In this document: positions 17,876 through 27,930 of the stretch, piece after piece
Layout of the letters: every line of letters starts with the position of its first letter
Numbering within the stretch: the stretch's first letter is position 1
Assembly (NCBI GenBank): GCA_030141605.1
Contig: JAQGDQ010002442.1
Coordinates: 1 to 36,731 of the forward strand
Length of the DNA stretch: 36,731 bases
Source: Tubiluchus corallicola
Lineage: Eukaryota; Animalia; Priapulida
Direction: 5' to 3'
Translations under genes and position numbers: made by a program
Notes under the pieces: model-generated
Databases searched by the model: none
Seen by the model: only the letters and a program-made list of their open reading frames with translations
Told to the model about the DNA's origin: nothing

Positions 17876-20833
17876 CTATTCTAATAGTTGCTCAATATCT
17901 TCTTTAGATAAACTCTTTACAAAACTACTCTCTTCAGTAATCAAATGTTGAAATAACTCTTTTTTACGTTTTTGTAAAACAAGTATTTTTTCTTCTACTG
18001 TGTTTTTTGTAATAAATTTGTATACAAAAACTTTATTTTGTTGCCCTATTCTGTGTGCCCTACCTATTGCCTGTTCTTCAACAGCTGGATTCCACCATGG
18101 GTCAAGAAAAAACACATAATCAGCACTAGTAAGATTTAAACCTACCCCGCCTGTTTTTAGTGAAATTAAAAATACTTTTACTTGTTCATCATTTTGAAAC
18201 TTATCTATTTGTGTTTTTCTATCTCTTACACTACCATCCAAATAGGCAAAAGGTGTAACATTTTCAATTAAATAGTCTTTAAACACTTTTAAATGTTGAA
18301 CGAATTGACTAAAAATAAGCACCTTATGCCCTTCACTTATTATATTGCGAAGGTCATCCACAACATTATTCAGCTTGCCAGACCCTCCTGCATAGCTGGG
18401 CATAACAATCATAGGGTGGTTTGCTATTTGACGCAGCCGCACCAATCCTTGCAAAATAAATATTTGTAGTTTCTTTATTCCCTGATTCTCTATTTGTTTG
18501 AGTACTTGATTTCTAAAATAATTTTTTTCTTGATTATAAAAGTCTTCTTGCTGCGGAGTCATAGAGCAATATTGTATGTTTACAACTTTGCTTGGCAATT
18601 CGGAGGCTACTTGCGTTTTATTTCTCCTTAGAATAAAAGGCTTGATTATTTGATGCAATTTATGTGTTTTATTTACATCGCCTTTTTTTTCTATTGGGTT
18701 TAGAAATTGATTTCTAAAAAAACTTTGATTTCCTAAAAGTCCAGGATTTATAAAACTCATTTGGGTCCACAAGTCAAGTGTGGTGTTTTCTAATGGCGTC
18801 CCTGTCAAGATTAATTTATGTTTTGAATTTAGTGACCTAATTGCCTTAGATGTGTTGGAATTAGGATTTTTAATCATTTGCGACTCATCTAAAATGATAT
18901 AATCAAAATAAAATTCTTTGAGAATATCTACATCTAATCTTGCTATGCCATAAGATGTTAGTATAATATCTCTCTCTTTAAATAGCTTTTTAAGATTTTT
19001 ATCTCTATTTATCCCTGTGTATGATAATGTTTTTAGATCTGGTGTAAATTTATTGATTTCTCTTTCCCAGTTGAACAACAATGAAGTAGGCATAATGATT
19101 AAAACAGACAATGTAGAGTCTTTAGCCGATTCTTTCATGGCTTGCAAAAGAACAAGTGCTTGTATGGTTTTTCCTAATCCCATATCATCTGCCAAACAAC
19201 CTCCAAGTTTGTATGTCTTTAAAAAATTAAGCCAATCATATCCTGCTTTTTGATACGGTCTTAGTGTCCCTTTAAAGTTTTTTGGAAGTGGGTAATCTTC
19301 TATGTTTTCAAAATTTCTAAGATTTTTCAACCTACCATTCATGTCTCGTAAAGTGTCGCTCTCTAAATCTTGAATTAAGTTTACATAGTGCTTTTTAAGT
19401 GATAATTGATTTTTAGTGGGAGTAAAATCCATAAAAGCAAAAAGTTCAGAATACTCAGCAACCCATTGAGATGGTATTATGCCTATCTGTTTGTTTGGCA
19501 GCAAAACTTCATCTTTATTTTGCCTAATTAGCTTGTAAATATCTACAAAAGGGACTTCATATTCTCCAAATTTTACTGATGCAAATATATCAAACCAATC
19601 TATGTTTTCTCTTGTCTTGATGGAGATAGAGGACTTTCCTATAAAATAGCTATTTTTCATTTTTTGCTCTAACACCACATTTTCATTTTTTAGAGTCTCT
19701 TCATGACGCGTGAGTAGCTCTATAGTCTTATGTTTAGAAAGTGTTAGAGTAGAGTTTCTAAACTCCAACCCTATGTTCTCTAATAGGTTAATTATATGCT
19801 CTTCTGCTTCTATATCCCTATATATTTTACGAAAGCAATAAGTGCTATCTTTCTTTTCTAACTTTATTTCAAACGGATGATTTGATGATAAGGCTTTAAA
19901 GTTATACTCGTCATAGGAAAAGGATAACTCCATAACCACTTTATCATACTTAGAACTCTCTTCTTCTTCAATTATTCCTACACTATTATCACCAAATAAT
20001 GAAGGAACGCTTTCTTGCATTTGTGATTGTAATGAGAAAATTTTCAATTTTGGCACAGGGGTACAATATAGTTCTTCTACTTCAAATCCAGAAATTTTCA
20101 CCTCACACGTTACCATTAACGGGATAATAAACTTTTGGTAATAAGTTTCTTCTATTGTATTTGGTATTATAATTTGTTCTTTTTTTAGAAAAGGAAGTAG
20201 CTTATTGCCATCAAAGTGTTCTTCAAAAGAAAATAAACAGTTTGTTGAAACTAACCATGCTGGGTTTTTACAGACAAGAAACGTGTTCTTTTGTAACAAG
20301 TCTATATTTCTATTTTCATATTTCACTTTCGGGAAATAAATAGTACTTTCTTCCTGCTTTATAAAATGAAAAACTATATTTCCTTTATTTTTTTCAACAT
20401 GTATTTTTCTACCTACTGGGTAGCCATCTTTTTCCATCAAATAGATATCAGCTCCCGATAATAGCTTCAATATTCTTGCCATCCTCGTTTCTATATAGGT
20501 ATCTATTTCTCTCTTTATTATTTGATGGTTAGGGTTGTTCGGACTTTCATATATGTTTTTTAAAAATATGTTTGGATTAATTCTATCTTTATAAAATCGC
20601 TTTACAATAGCGTCTTGTTGAATGGTATCTATAAGCCCAATGAGTTCTTCATCATTTTCTTTTAAATTCTTCTCAAATTCTAATGCATTTCTATGAGATA
20701 TATTTTGATATTGAAGAGTTGGCCGCTCTTTATCAGAGAGTTGTACAGCAAAGGATTCAAATAGATAACCTAAAAATTGGTGTTCATATAATGAATAAAC
20801 TATTTGATATGGTTTGCTCGTAGATATTTTCAT
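17876..20833 (-). CDS. SNF2-family (SF2) helicase/ATPase
   Basis: LRPYQ, LADDMGLGKT, ILDESQ, LTGTPLEN, LRRNK, GGVGLNL and QAIGRAHRIGQ motifs. Confidence 0.95.
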   Translation of the reverse strand: MKISTSKPYQIVYSLYEHQFLGYLFESFAVQLSDKERPTLQYQNISHRNALEFEKNLKENDEELIGLIDTIQQDAIVKRFYKDRINPNIFLKNIYESPNNPNHQIIKREIDTYIETRMARILKLLSGADIYLMEKDGYPVGRKIHVEKNKGNIVFHFIKQEESTIYFPKVKYENRNIDLLQKNTFLVCKNPAWLVSTNCLFSFEEHFDGNKLLPFLKKEQIIIPNTIEETYYQKFIIPLMVTCEVKISGFEVEELYCTPVPKLKIFSLQSQMQESVPSLFGDNSVGIIEEEESSKYDKVVMELSFSYDEYNFKALSSNHPFEIKLEKKDSTYCFRKIYRDIEAEEHIINLLENIGLEFRNSTLTLSKHKTIELLTRHEETLKNENVVLEQKMKNSYFIGKSSISIKTRENIDWFDIFASVKFGEYEVPFVDIYKLIRQNKDEVLLPNKQIGIIPSQWVAEYSELFAFMDFTPTKNQLSLKKHYVNLIQDLESDTLRDMNGRLKNLRNFENIEDYPLPKNFKGTLRPYQKAGYDWLNFLKTYKLGGCLADDMGLGKTIQALVLLQAMKESAKDSTLSVLIIMPTSLLFNWEREINKFTPDLKTLSYTGINRDKNLKKLFKERDIILTSYGIARLDVDILKEFYFDYIILDESQMIKNPNSNTSKAIRSLNSKHKLILTGTPLENTTLDLWTQMSFINPGLLGNQSFFRNQFLNPIEKKGDVNKTHKLHQIIKPFILRRNKTQVASELPSKVVNIQYCSMTPQQEDFYNQEKNYFRNQVLKQIENQGIKKLQIFILQGLVRLRQIANHPMIVMPSYAGGSGKLNNVVDDLRNIISEGHKVLIFSQFVQHLKVFKDYLIENVTPFAYLDGSVRDRKTQIDKFQNDEQVKVFLISLKTGGVGLNLTSADYVFFLDPWWNPAVEEQAIGRAHRIGQQNKVFVYKFITKNTVEEKILVLQKRKKELFQHLITEESSFVKSLSKEDIEQLLE

Positions 20834-20931
20834 AGCACATTACAGCACAGGGCAATAAAAGCATGAAGAATTAATTGCTATTTATTTTAAAAACAGGCAT
20901 AAAGCGAATAAAATCGCATAAAATTAAAATG

Positions 20932-21003
20932 TGACCCGTAGGGGAGTCGAACCCCTGCTACCAGGATGAAAACCTGGCGTCCTAACCACTAGACGAACGG
21001 GCC
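20932..21003 (-). tRNA. tRNA-Glu (anticodon TTC), CCA end not encoded
   Basis: Minus strand reads GGCCCGTTCGTCTAGTGGTTAGGACGCCAGGTTTTCATCCTGGTAGCAGGGGTTCGACTCCCCTACGGGTCA. Acceptor stem GGCCCGT/ACGGGTC, anticodon arm CCAGG-TTTTCAT-CCTGG, T-loop TTCGACT. Confidence 0.97.
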
Positions 21004-21098
21004 GTATAAACTTTTGCAATTATAAAACATTTTTATTAAAAAAACAAAATTCTATTTAGAATTTTATAAAATATTGGACATTATCTGTTAAACCTTGC

Positions 21099-23153
21099 CT
21101 AATCACAGATATTTTCCATATCAAACAAAAAAGCATATTCTAGTGCTATCTCCTTTAGCATTTCAAACCGCCCAGACGCCCCACTATGTCCTGCTTTCAT
21201 ATTGGTGTACAAAAATAGTTTATTGCTATTCTTTTTTTTATCTCTAAGCTTTGCTACCCATTTGGCAGGCTCCCAAAATTGCACTTGAGAATCATGCAAC
21301 CCTGCGGTCACTAACATGTGTGGATATGGTTTCGTTTCATCAACATTATCATATGGAGAGTAGGACTTTATGTACTCATATTGTTCCTTAATGTTAGGAT
21401 TGCCCCATTCATCATACTCTCCTGTAGTAAGCGGAATTGTTTCATCAAGCATTGTAGTAACTACATCAACAAATGGAACAAGTGCTACCACCCCATTAAA
21501 CAATTCAGGGGCAATGTTAATTACTGAACCTATCAGTAGTCCCCCTGCTGAGCCTCCCATAGCATACATGTGCTGAGAGCTTGTATATTTTTGTTCTACC
21601 AAAAATTTACCTGCCTCTATAAAGTCAGTAAAAGTATTCTTCTTATTTAGCATCTTGCCATCGTCATACCACTGCCTACCTAAATATTCTCCTCCACGCA
21701 CATGGGCAATAGCGAACGCAAATCCTCTATCAAGCAAGCTTAATCTTATAGAGCTAAAATAGACATCGACTGTATGTCCATACGCACCATAGCCATAAAG
21801 CAACAATGGCGATTTACCATCTTTTTTAAACCCTTTTTTATACACAATAGATATAGGCACTCTTTTGCCATCAGAAGCAGTTGCCCAAATTCGTTCTGAT
21901 TGATAATTAATTTTGTTGAATTTCCCACCTAATACTTCCTGTTCTTTTAATATTTTTTTTTGTTTAGTTGCCATATCAAACTCTATGACAGAGTTTGGAG
22001 TTGTAAAAGAAGAGTATGAAAGTCGCAATAGTTTTGTATTAAAATCTAAATTAATGTGCGGCATTGTGGTATATGTCTCTTCACTAAAAGGGACATTGTA
22101 TTCTTCCTTTGCATCCCATCGTTTAACTTTTATTTTATTCAAACCGTCTTCCCGTTCAAAGCAGACTAAATAGTCTTCAAAAACCTCTATATCTTCCAGC
22201 AACACATTTTCTCTATGAGGAATTACTTCTTTCCAATACTGTTTATCAAGCCTATTGATGGGCGTTTTCATTAGACGAAAGTTTTTTGCCTTCCAGTTGG
22301 TATATATATAAAAATCTGTTTCAAAATCCATAATGCTATACTCATGCTCTTTTTCCCTTGGTAGAAATACTTTAAATTCGTCATCAGGAGTATTGGCGTT
22401 TAAAAATATAGACTCACTTGATAGGGTGCTTTCTGAATTAATAATAATGTACTTATCTGACTTTGTTTTGTAAATTCCCACAAAGAAAGCTTCATCTTTT
22501 TCATGAAAAATTTCTACATCTTCTTTGGGATCAGTGCCTAATACGTGTTTAAAAACTTTATATGATCTTAACGTTTGTACATCTTTTTTTACATAAAAGA
22601 GCGTTTTATTATCATTTGCCCATACTACTTCTCCACTAACATTCTCTATTTTTTCTGAATAAATTTGGTTGGTTTCTAAGTTTTTTATTTGAATGTAATA
22701 AATTCTCCTCCCTATAATATCAAAAGAAAAAGCGGCTAATTTATTATTCTTGCTTATAGACACACTGCCTAAAGAAAAAAAATCATGCTCTTTTGCCATT
22801 TCATTTACATTAAACAAAATTTCTTCCTCTGCCTCTAAGTGTTCTTTTTTTCGGGTATAAATAGGGTATTCCTCTCCTTTTTTATATTGCGTAATATAAT
22901 AATAATTATTTTTTTTATATGGAACAGAATTATCATCTTCCTTAATTCTGCCTTTAATTTCTTGAAATAGTTTTTCTCTAAATGGGTGCAGATGCTTTAA
23001 GCTATCATTTAAGTATTTGTTTTCATTTTCTAAATATTTAATTACTTTGGGGTCATCTGATTGGTTTAACCAATAATAATCATCTATACGTACATCTTTA
23101 TGCTTTTCTAATTTTGTCGCTTTTTTTTCTGCAACAGGCGGATATAGTTTCAT
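21099..23153 (-). CDS. ptrB: Oligopeptidase B (protease II, S9A family)
   Basis: R.DDYYWL, YGYGAYG, HVRGG, catalytic GGSAGG, HDSQV and AGHSG motifs. Confidence 0.93.
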   Translation of the reverse strand: MKLYPPVAEKKATKLEKHKDVRIDDYYWLNQSDDPKVIKYLENENKYLNDSLKHLHPFREKLFQEIKGRIKEDDNSVPYKKNNYYYITQYKKGEEYPIYTRKKEHLEAEEEILFNVNEMAKEHDFFSLGSVSISKNNKLAAFSFDIIGRRIYYIQIKNLETNQIYSEKIENVSGEVVWANDNKTLFYVKKDVQTLRSYKVFKHVLGTDPKEDVEIFHEKDEAFFVGIYKTKSDKYIIINSESTLSSESIFLNANTPDDEFKVFLPREKEHEYSIMDFETDFYIYTNWKAKNFRLMKTPINRLDKQYWKEVIPHRENVLLEDIEVFEDYLVCFEREDGLNKIKVKRWDAKEEYNVPFSEETYTTMPHINLDFNTKLLRLSYSSFTTPNSVIEFDMATKQKKILKEQEVLGGKFNKINYQSERIWATASDGKRVPISIVYKKGFKKDGKSPLLLYGYGAYGHTVDVYFSSIRLSLLDRGFAFAIAHVRGGEYLGRQWYDDGKMLNKKNTFTDFIEAGKFLVEQKYTSSQHMYAMGGSAGGLLIGSVINIAPELFNGVVALVPFVDVVTTMLDETIPLTTGEYDEWGNPNIKEQYEYIKSYSPYDNVDETKPYPHMLVTAGLHDSQVQFWEPAKWVAKLRDKKKNSNKLFLYTNMKAGHSGASGRFEMLKEIALEYAFLFDMENICD

Positions 23154-23377
23154 GTCAAAATATTTATTTTAGAACCACAAATAATAAAGCCTACTAATAG
23201 CTTTATTGCAATCAAAATTTTTGCAAGGCTAATAGGTAAAAAATAAAAAAGCAACATTTTATTGCTTTTTCTATATCTATAATTTTAAATAACAAATTTC
23301 ATTTTGTCAAAAAATTACTTGACTTTCTTTTTTTTAAAAACTAAACTTGCGTTGTTTAACCTAACTTAAAAAAACTA

Positions 23378-23827
23378 ATGTCATTAAAATTACAAATAGA
23401 TAAGGACATAAAAAATGCAATGCTTAATAAAAATCAAGATGAACTTAGAACGCTACGTTCTATAAAATCTTCAATTTTATTATTAGAAACAAAAAAAGGA
23501 AACAAAAAAGAGGTCTCTCAAGAAGCAGAGTTGCAATTATTACAAAAGGCAATCAAACAACGTTCTGATTCTATACGCGTATTCAAAGAACAAAACAGAG
23601 AAGACTTGGCAAATAAAGAAATAGCAGAAGTAGAGATCATCAAGAAATATTTGCCTGAACAACTCTCTAAAGAAAAAATAGAAAAGGAGCTACAAGCAAT
23701 TATTAACAAAATAGGTGCTTCTTCTATAAAAGATATGGGTAAAGTTATGGGTGTAGCATCAAAAAAACTAGCGGGGAAGGCTTCCAATAAAGATATTTCT
23801 GAATTAGTGAAAGCATTGTTATGCTAA
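23378..23827 (+). CDS. GatB/YqeY domain protein
   Basis: MSLKLQIDKDIKNAM, KQRSDSI, YLPEQLS and KDMGKVMG motifs. Confidence 0.93.
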   Translation: MSLKLQIDKDIKNAMLNKNQDELRTLRSIKSSILLLETKKGNKKEVSQEAELQLLQKAIKQRSDSIRVFKEQNREDLANKEIAEVEIIKKYLPEQLSKEKIEKELQAIINKIGASSIKDMGKVMGVASKKLAGKASNKDISELVKALLC

Positions 23828-23870
23828 TGATGTTTTTAGCATAGAATAATTTTGCGCAAATATTTCCTTT

Positions 23871-24395
23871 CTACACTTTAATGGGCATATTGTATCTGTT
23901 TTTCCCCCATCTAAGTCTGTATATTATGCGTTCTATGCTCTTTTTCATTCTCAATGCACGTCTTATACCTGCATGGTAGCAACAAAACTCTATTTGCTCT
24001 CCATTGATTGCAGAAACTATAATGTAAGTGTAGTATGTTTGAAGTGCAGAAACTATAATGAATATAAAAGATAAAATACCTGCCACCCTTAAGAACTTAA
24101 ACAAAAGAAAATTACCCAAATCAGTAAATCCGGGTAATATGGCAAAAATTACAATCAAGGGCAAAAGCTTCAATAAATGCCTATCTTGCCGACGCTCTAT
24201 GGTCACAGACATTACACTTTCCATAGGTATTGTCTTAAAAACATGTTTCCCATACATATCTTTATAGCTATAAATTACCGCGTAATCTGTTACCCGTAAT
24301 GAGTTCTTTTTGGTACCTAACATATTGTTTGTTTTTGACCAAAAAAGTGTTCTATTTGTTGACAAACGCCTTCCGAAGAATCCCATTATATTCAT
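23871..24395 (-). CDS. Hypothetical membrane protein (two transmembrane helices inside a beta-rich, possibly PH-like domain)
   Basis: 174-aa ORF with two hydrophobic segments (LLPLIVIFAILPG and VAGILSFIFIIVSAL). Start codon uncertain. Confidence 0.6.
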   Translation of the reverse strand: MNIMGFFGRRLSTNRTLFWSKTNNMLGTKKNSLRVTDYAVIYSYKDMYGKHVFKTIPMESVMSVTIERRQDRHLLKLLPLIVIFAILPGFTDLGNFLLFKFLRVAGILSFIFIIVSALQTYYTYIIVSAINGEQIEFCCYHAGIRRALRMKKSIERIIYRLRWGKNRYNMPIKV

Positions 24396-24569
24396 TAAAT
24401 TAATAGTTAAAGACTTGTTTGTTTAATATATTTGTTATCAACCTAAAGCAACTCTGACTTGCCCATGTATTATATAATTTTAACGAAATAGGACAACAAT
24501 TACTTGGTTGCTAACAAGTATTTCTTCATCATCTTTTTACAACATTAATCAAATGTTCTATATTAATGT

Positions 24570-24602
24570 AAAAAAGCATAACCACACAGGTGATTTATGC
24601 TT
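24570..24602 (-). terminator. Putative intrinsic terminator hairpin
   Basis: Minus strand: AAGCATAA-A-TCAC-CTGT-GTGG-TTATGCTT followed by TTTT. About 12 bp of stem with one bulge and one G-U pair. Confidence 0.5.
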
Positions 24603-24972
24603 AAAAGATACTCTCTATTCCTCCGTTCTCTCTACGAGTACAACGCATTTTTTATGAATTTATTAGTCTTTTTTGTTGTTTTTTAGAACCTTTCTATATT
24701 ACCCGCATTTTATTGCAATTCTTTTTTGTTTTATAAAAATTCTTATAATTTGTCTTTTTCTCAAAGAAAGGAAAAATATGCTATCAAATGAGTTGTTAAT
24801 CATTAAGTACATTTTGTGTATCCCCTAAAACGTATAATTCATCTATATATTTATTTGCTCTTTTGAAACAAATTATTTGAAAATAAAAAAGATAATACAT
24901 TAAAAAAATAAATGTTTTTTTGATATTTGTAAAATTATAAGGTATAATCGGAAAACGAAATGGATTAAAATT

Positions 24973-25722
24973 ATGAAACTGTTAGAAGGAAAAACGACTT
25001 TAATTACGGGTGCTTCAAGAGGCATAGGGCGCATCATAGCATTAGAATATGCTAAAAATGGATCAAACGTTGCATTTACATACTTATCTAGCGTAGAACA
25101 AGGAAGACAATTAGAAGGAGAATTAAAACAATTCGGAATAAAAGCACAAGGATATCAATCTGACGCATCAGATTATAATCAAGCTCAAGAGTTGGTGGAT
25201 AAAGTAATAAAAGATTTTGGAAAACTTGATATCTTGATCAACAATGCAGGAATAACGAAAGATGGTCTTTTGCTAAGACAAAATGAAGAGTCTTGGGATA
25301 AAGTAATAAGAGTAAATTTAAAATCCGTTTTCAACACTGTAAAAGCATCCATTAAGCCTTTTATGGCACAACGCTCAGGTAGCATCATCAATATGAGCTC
25401 CGTAGTAGGACTACAAGGCAATATAGGGCAGACAAATTACGCTGCATCTAAAGCAGGAATTATTGGGTTTTCTCGTTCTGTGGCAGTAGAATGGGGAAGT
25501 AGAAACATCCGTTGTAACGTTGTTGCTCCTGGTTTTATTGAAACAGAAATGACCGAACAGTTGCCTGATGATATAAAAAACCATTGGAAAAATAATATCA
25601 AGCTAAAACGATTTGGCACCCCTACAGAAGTTGCAAACTGTTGTGTGTTTTTAGGCTCAGATATGGGAGCTTACATTACAGGGCAAGTTATTCAAGTAGA
25701 CGGAGGTATTACGTTGGGTTAA
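24973..25722 (+). CDS. fabG: 3-oxoacyl-ACP reductase
   Basis: TGASRGIG, NNAGITKD, NYAASKAG and PGFIETEMT motifs. Confidence 0.95.
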   Translation: MKLLEGKTTLITGASRGIGRIIALEYAKNGSNVAFTYLSSVEQGRQLEGELKQFGIKAQGYQSDASDYNQAQELVDKVIKDFGKLDILINNAGITKDGLLLRQNEESWDKVIRVNLKSVFNTVKASIKPFMAQRSGSIINMSSVVGLQGNIGQTNYAASKAGIIGFSRSVAVEWGSRNIRCNVVAPGFIETEMTEQLPDDIKNHWKNNIKLKRFGTPTEVANCCVFLGSDMGAYITGQVIQVDGGITLG

Positions 25723-25741
25723 ACATCAAACTAAACTTATC

Positions 25742-27826
25742 ATGCAAGCATTCAATGTGCATTTTGAAATGTCATTTTGGTACATCTTCATATGTTGCAT
25801 TTTAAGCTTAGGTATCACGGCTTTTTTATACTATAGAGAAAAACATATATGGCACAAATATACATTTTATGTATTAGCTTCTTTGCGATTTGTTGCTGTT
25901 TTTCTTATCTGTATTTTATTATTAGAACCCTCTTTCAAATCATATAAAAATCATATAAAAAAGCCCTATGTAGTATTTGCTATTGATAACTCTATGTCAA
26001 TGGCAAAGACAAACAGTATTGAAAAACTGCAAGCACTAAAAAAAAAATTACAAAGTTTGCAAATAGAATTAGAGAAGAGCGGCTTTCAAGTTGATATTTT
26101 TTCTTTTCAAGGCAAAACAACATTAGATAGTATACAGTTTGACAATACAACTACCAATTTGTATCAACTCTTGCATGATGTTAAACAAAAGTATCAAAAT
26201 AAAAACCTTACCAATCTGCTCCTGTTTTCTGATGGAATTTATAATAACGGCACCAACCCTCTTTTTCAAATCTATCCATATAATATTTATTGTTGGGGTA
26301 TAGGCGACACCTCACATTATCCAGACATTTTTGTTGAAAATATACACGCAAATAAAATAGCTTATCACGGTTCTGATTTTAACATTACAGCTGAAATACG
26401 TGCAATAGATATGGCGGGAGAAAACATCAAGGTGATGTTATTAGAAAATGATAGTCTAATAGAAACAAAAACAATTAATATTACTTCTTCAAAGTATGCA
26501 AAAAAAGTATCGTTTAATATTATACCCGACAACATTGGCAACTTTACATATAAAGTTCAAGTGCCTAAACTTGAAAATGAACAGTATCATAACAATAATC
26601 AACGAGAAAAACATGTTGAGGTAACAAACTATAAGCCAAAAATATTGATTGTTGCTCCTGCTCCACACCCAGATATAAAAGCCATTAAAAGCATATTGAA
26701 TGACGAAGACCGCTTTGAAATACATACATATATATCAAGCATACACGACGCTTTTCAAAAATGGAACTATAGTTTAGCTCTGTTTTTCAATACGCCAAGC
26801 AAAGATAACAGCCTTGCTAAGGTTGTAAATCATATCAAAAAAAATCAAACTCCTATCTTATACATTTTAGGAACTCAAACAAACATAAAAGATTTTAATG
26901 AGCTTAATGATTTGCTAACCTTCAAACAAACAAACACAGAATTTGACAATGCTACTCCTGAGTTAGTAGAAACCCTATCATATCCTTCTTTAATTGATGC
27001 AATAGATAGAAACACGTTAAAACTCTATCCGCCCGTACAAATACCTGCAGGAGTATACGATGTTTCAGAGAATGGGTATGTTGTTTTACAACAAAGCAAC
27101 AAAAACGTTAAAGACAAAGCTCCTTTGTTAATTTTAGGAACAACACCCCAAAACCAGAAAACAGTCATTATGGTAGGAGAAGGGTATTGGCGTTGGAAAC
27201 TAAGTGAAAAAGCCGTAAATGATAATAGCAATATTTTTAGAAATATCATACTAACATCTTGTAAATATTTAATCAATGCTGGCAATCAAAAATTTTCAAT
27301 CTACACCAACAAGGATGAATATACAGAGGGAGAACATATTGTTTTCAACACTGAAATTTATGATGCAACATACAAAAAAACATATGGACAAATAGTAACC
27401 CTTACTGTTACAAATCCCAATAATCAAGTAGAGGAATATCGCTACACTAATAATGAAATAGATAATCAATATATTATCAGTAACCTTTCCAAAGGAGTCT
27501 ATTATTATAATGCTACAAGCGTTTTTGATAACGAATCACACACGCATAAAGGTAAATTTATAGTGAATGATTATACATTAGAAACTTCTTTTCTAACTGC
27601 CAACCACGACCTTTTGCAAGGATTAGCCCAACAGCAAGAGGGACACTTTTATACAGAAGAAAACATATTAAACATAATTGATGCACTAAAAGAAAAAAAC
27701 ATTAAAAGTAAAATTATTACAGAAGAAACAATAACAGATTCAAAAACACTATCCTTACTAATTGTTATTATTCTATTAGCATCAGCAGAGTGGTTTATAA
27801 GAAAATACGTGGGCGGAGGTGTTTAG
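25742..27826 (+). CDS. Membrane-anchored vWA-domain protein (BatA-like N-terminus)
   Basis: Two N-terminal transmembrane helices with LR...LLEP, MIDAS-like DNSMS and LFSDG, an Ig-like domain, and a C-terminal helix ending EWFIRK. Adjacent to fabG. Confidence 0.85.
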   Translation: MQAFNVHFEMSFWYIFICCILSLGITAFLYYREKHIWHKYTFYVLASLRFVAVFLICILLLEPSFKSYKNHIKKPYVVFAIDNSMSMAKTNSIEKLQALKKKLQSLQIELEKSGFQVDIFSFQGKTTLDSIQFDNTTTNLYQLLHDVKQKYQNKNLTNLLLFSDGIYNNGTNPLFQIYPYNIYCWGIGDTSHYPDIFVENIHANKIAYHGSDFNITAEIRAIDMAGENIKVMLLENDSLIETKTINITSSKYAKKVSFNIIPDNIGNFTYKVQVPKLENEQYHNNNQREKHVEVTNYKPKILIVAPAPHPDIKAIKSILNDEDRFEIHTYISSIHDAFQKWNYSLALFFNTPSKDNSLAKVVNHIKKNQTPILYILGTQTNIKDFNELNDLLTFKQTNTEFDNATPELVETLSYPSLIDAIDRNTLKLYPPVQIPAGVYDVSENGYVVLQQSNKNVKDKAPLLILGTTPQNQKTVIMVGEGYWRWKLSEKAVNDNSNIFRNIILTSCKYLINAGNQKFSIYTNKDEYTEGEHIVFNTEIYDATYKKTYGQIVTLTVTNPNNQVEEYRYTNNEIDNQYIISNLSKGVYYYNATSVFDNESHTHKGKFIVNDYTLETSFLTANHDLLQGLAQQQEGHFYTEENILNIIDALKEKNIKSKIITEETITDSKTLSLLIVIILLASAEWFIRKYVGGGV

Positions 27827-27913
27827 AGATTTTTTACCCTTTATCTTTCTGCCAATATCATTTCCATTGTAGAATTTTAACAAAGCACTTTTACAAAAAT
27901 TAAAATAAACTAC

Positions 27914-27921
27914 TACCTTTG
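27914..27921 (+). promoter_or_regulatory. Putative -7 promoter element for folC-trmB
   Basis: TACCTTTG, with TTTA 20 nt upstream (27890-27893) as a near-consensus -33. Confidence 0.55.
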
Positions 27922-27930
27922 TAAATTGCT

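Noticed and set aside
17876-21003. tRNA-Glu plus SNF2 helicase as an integrated defence island
   Set aside because: No integrase, no duplicated tRNA 3' end and no methylase or nuclease partner. This helicase type looks like a core Bacteroidota gene.
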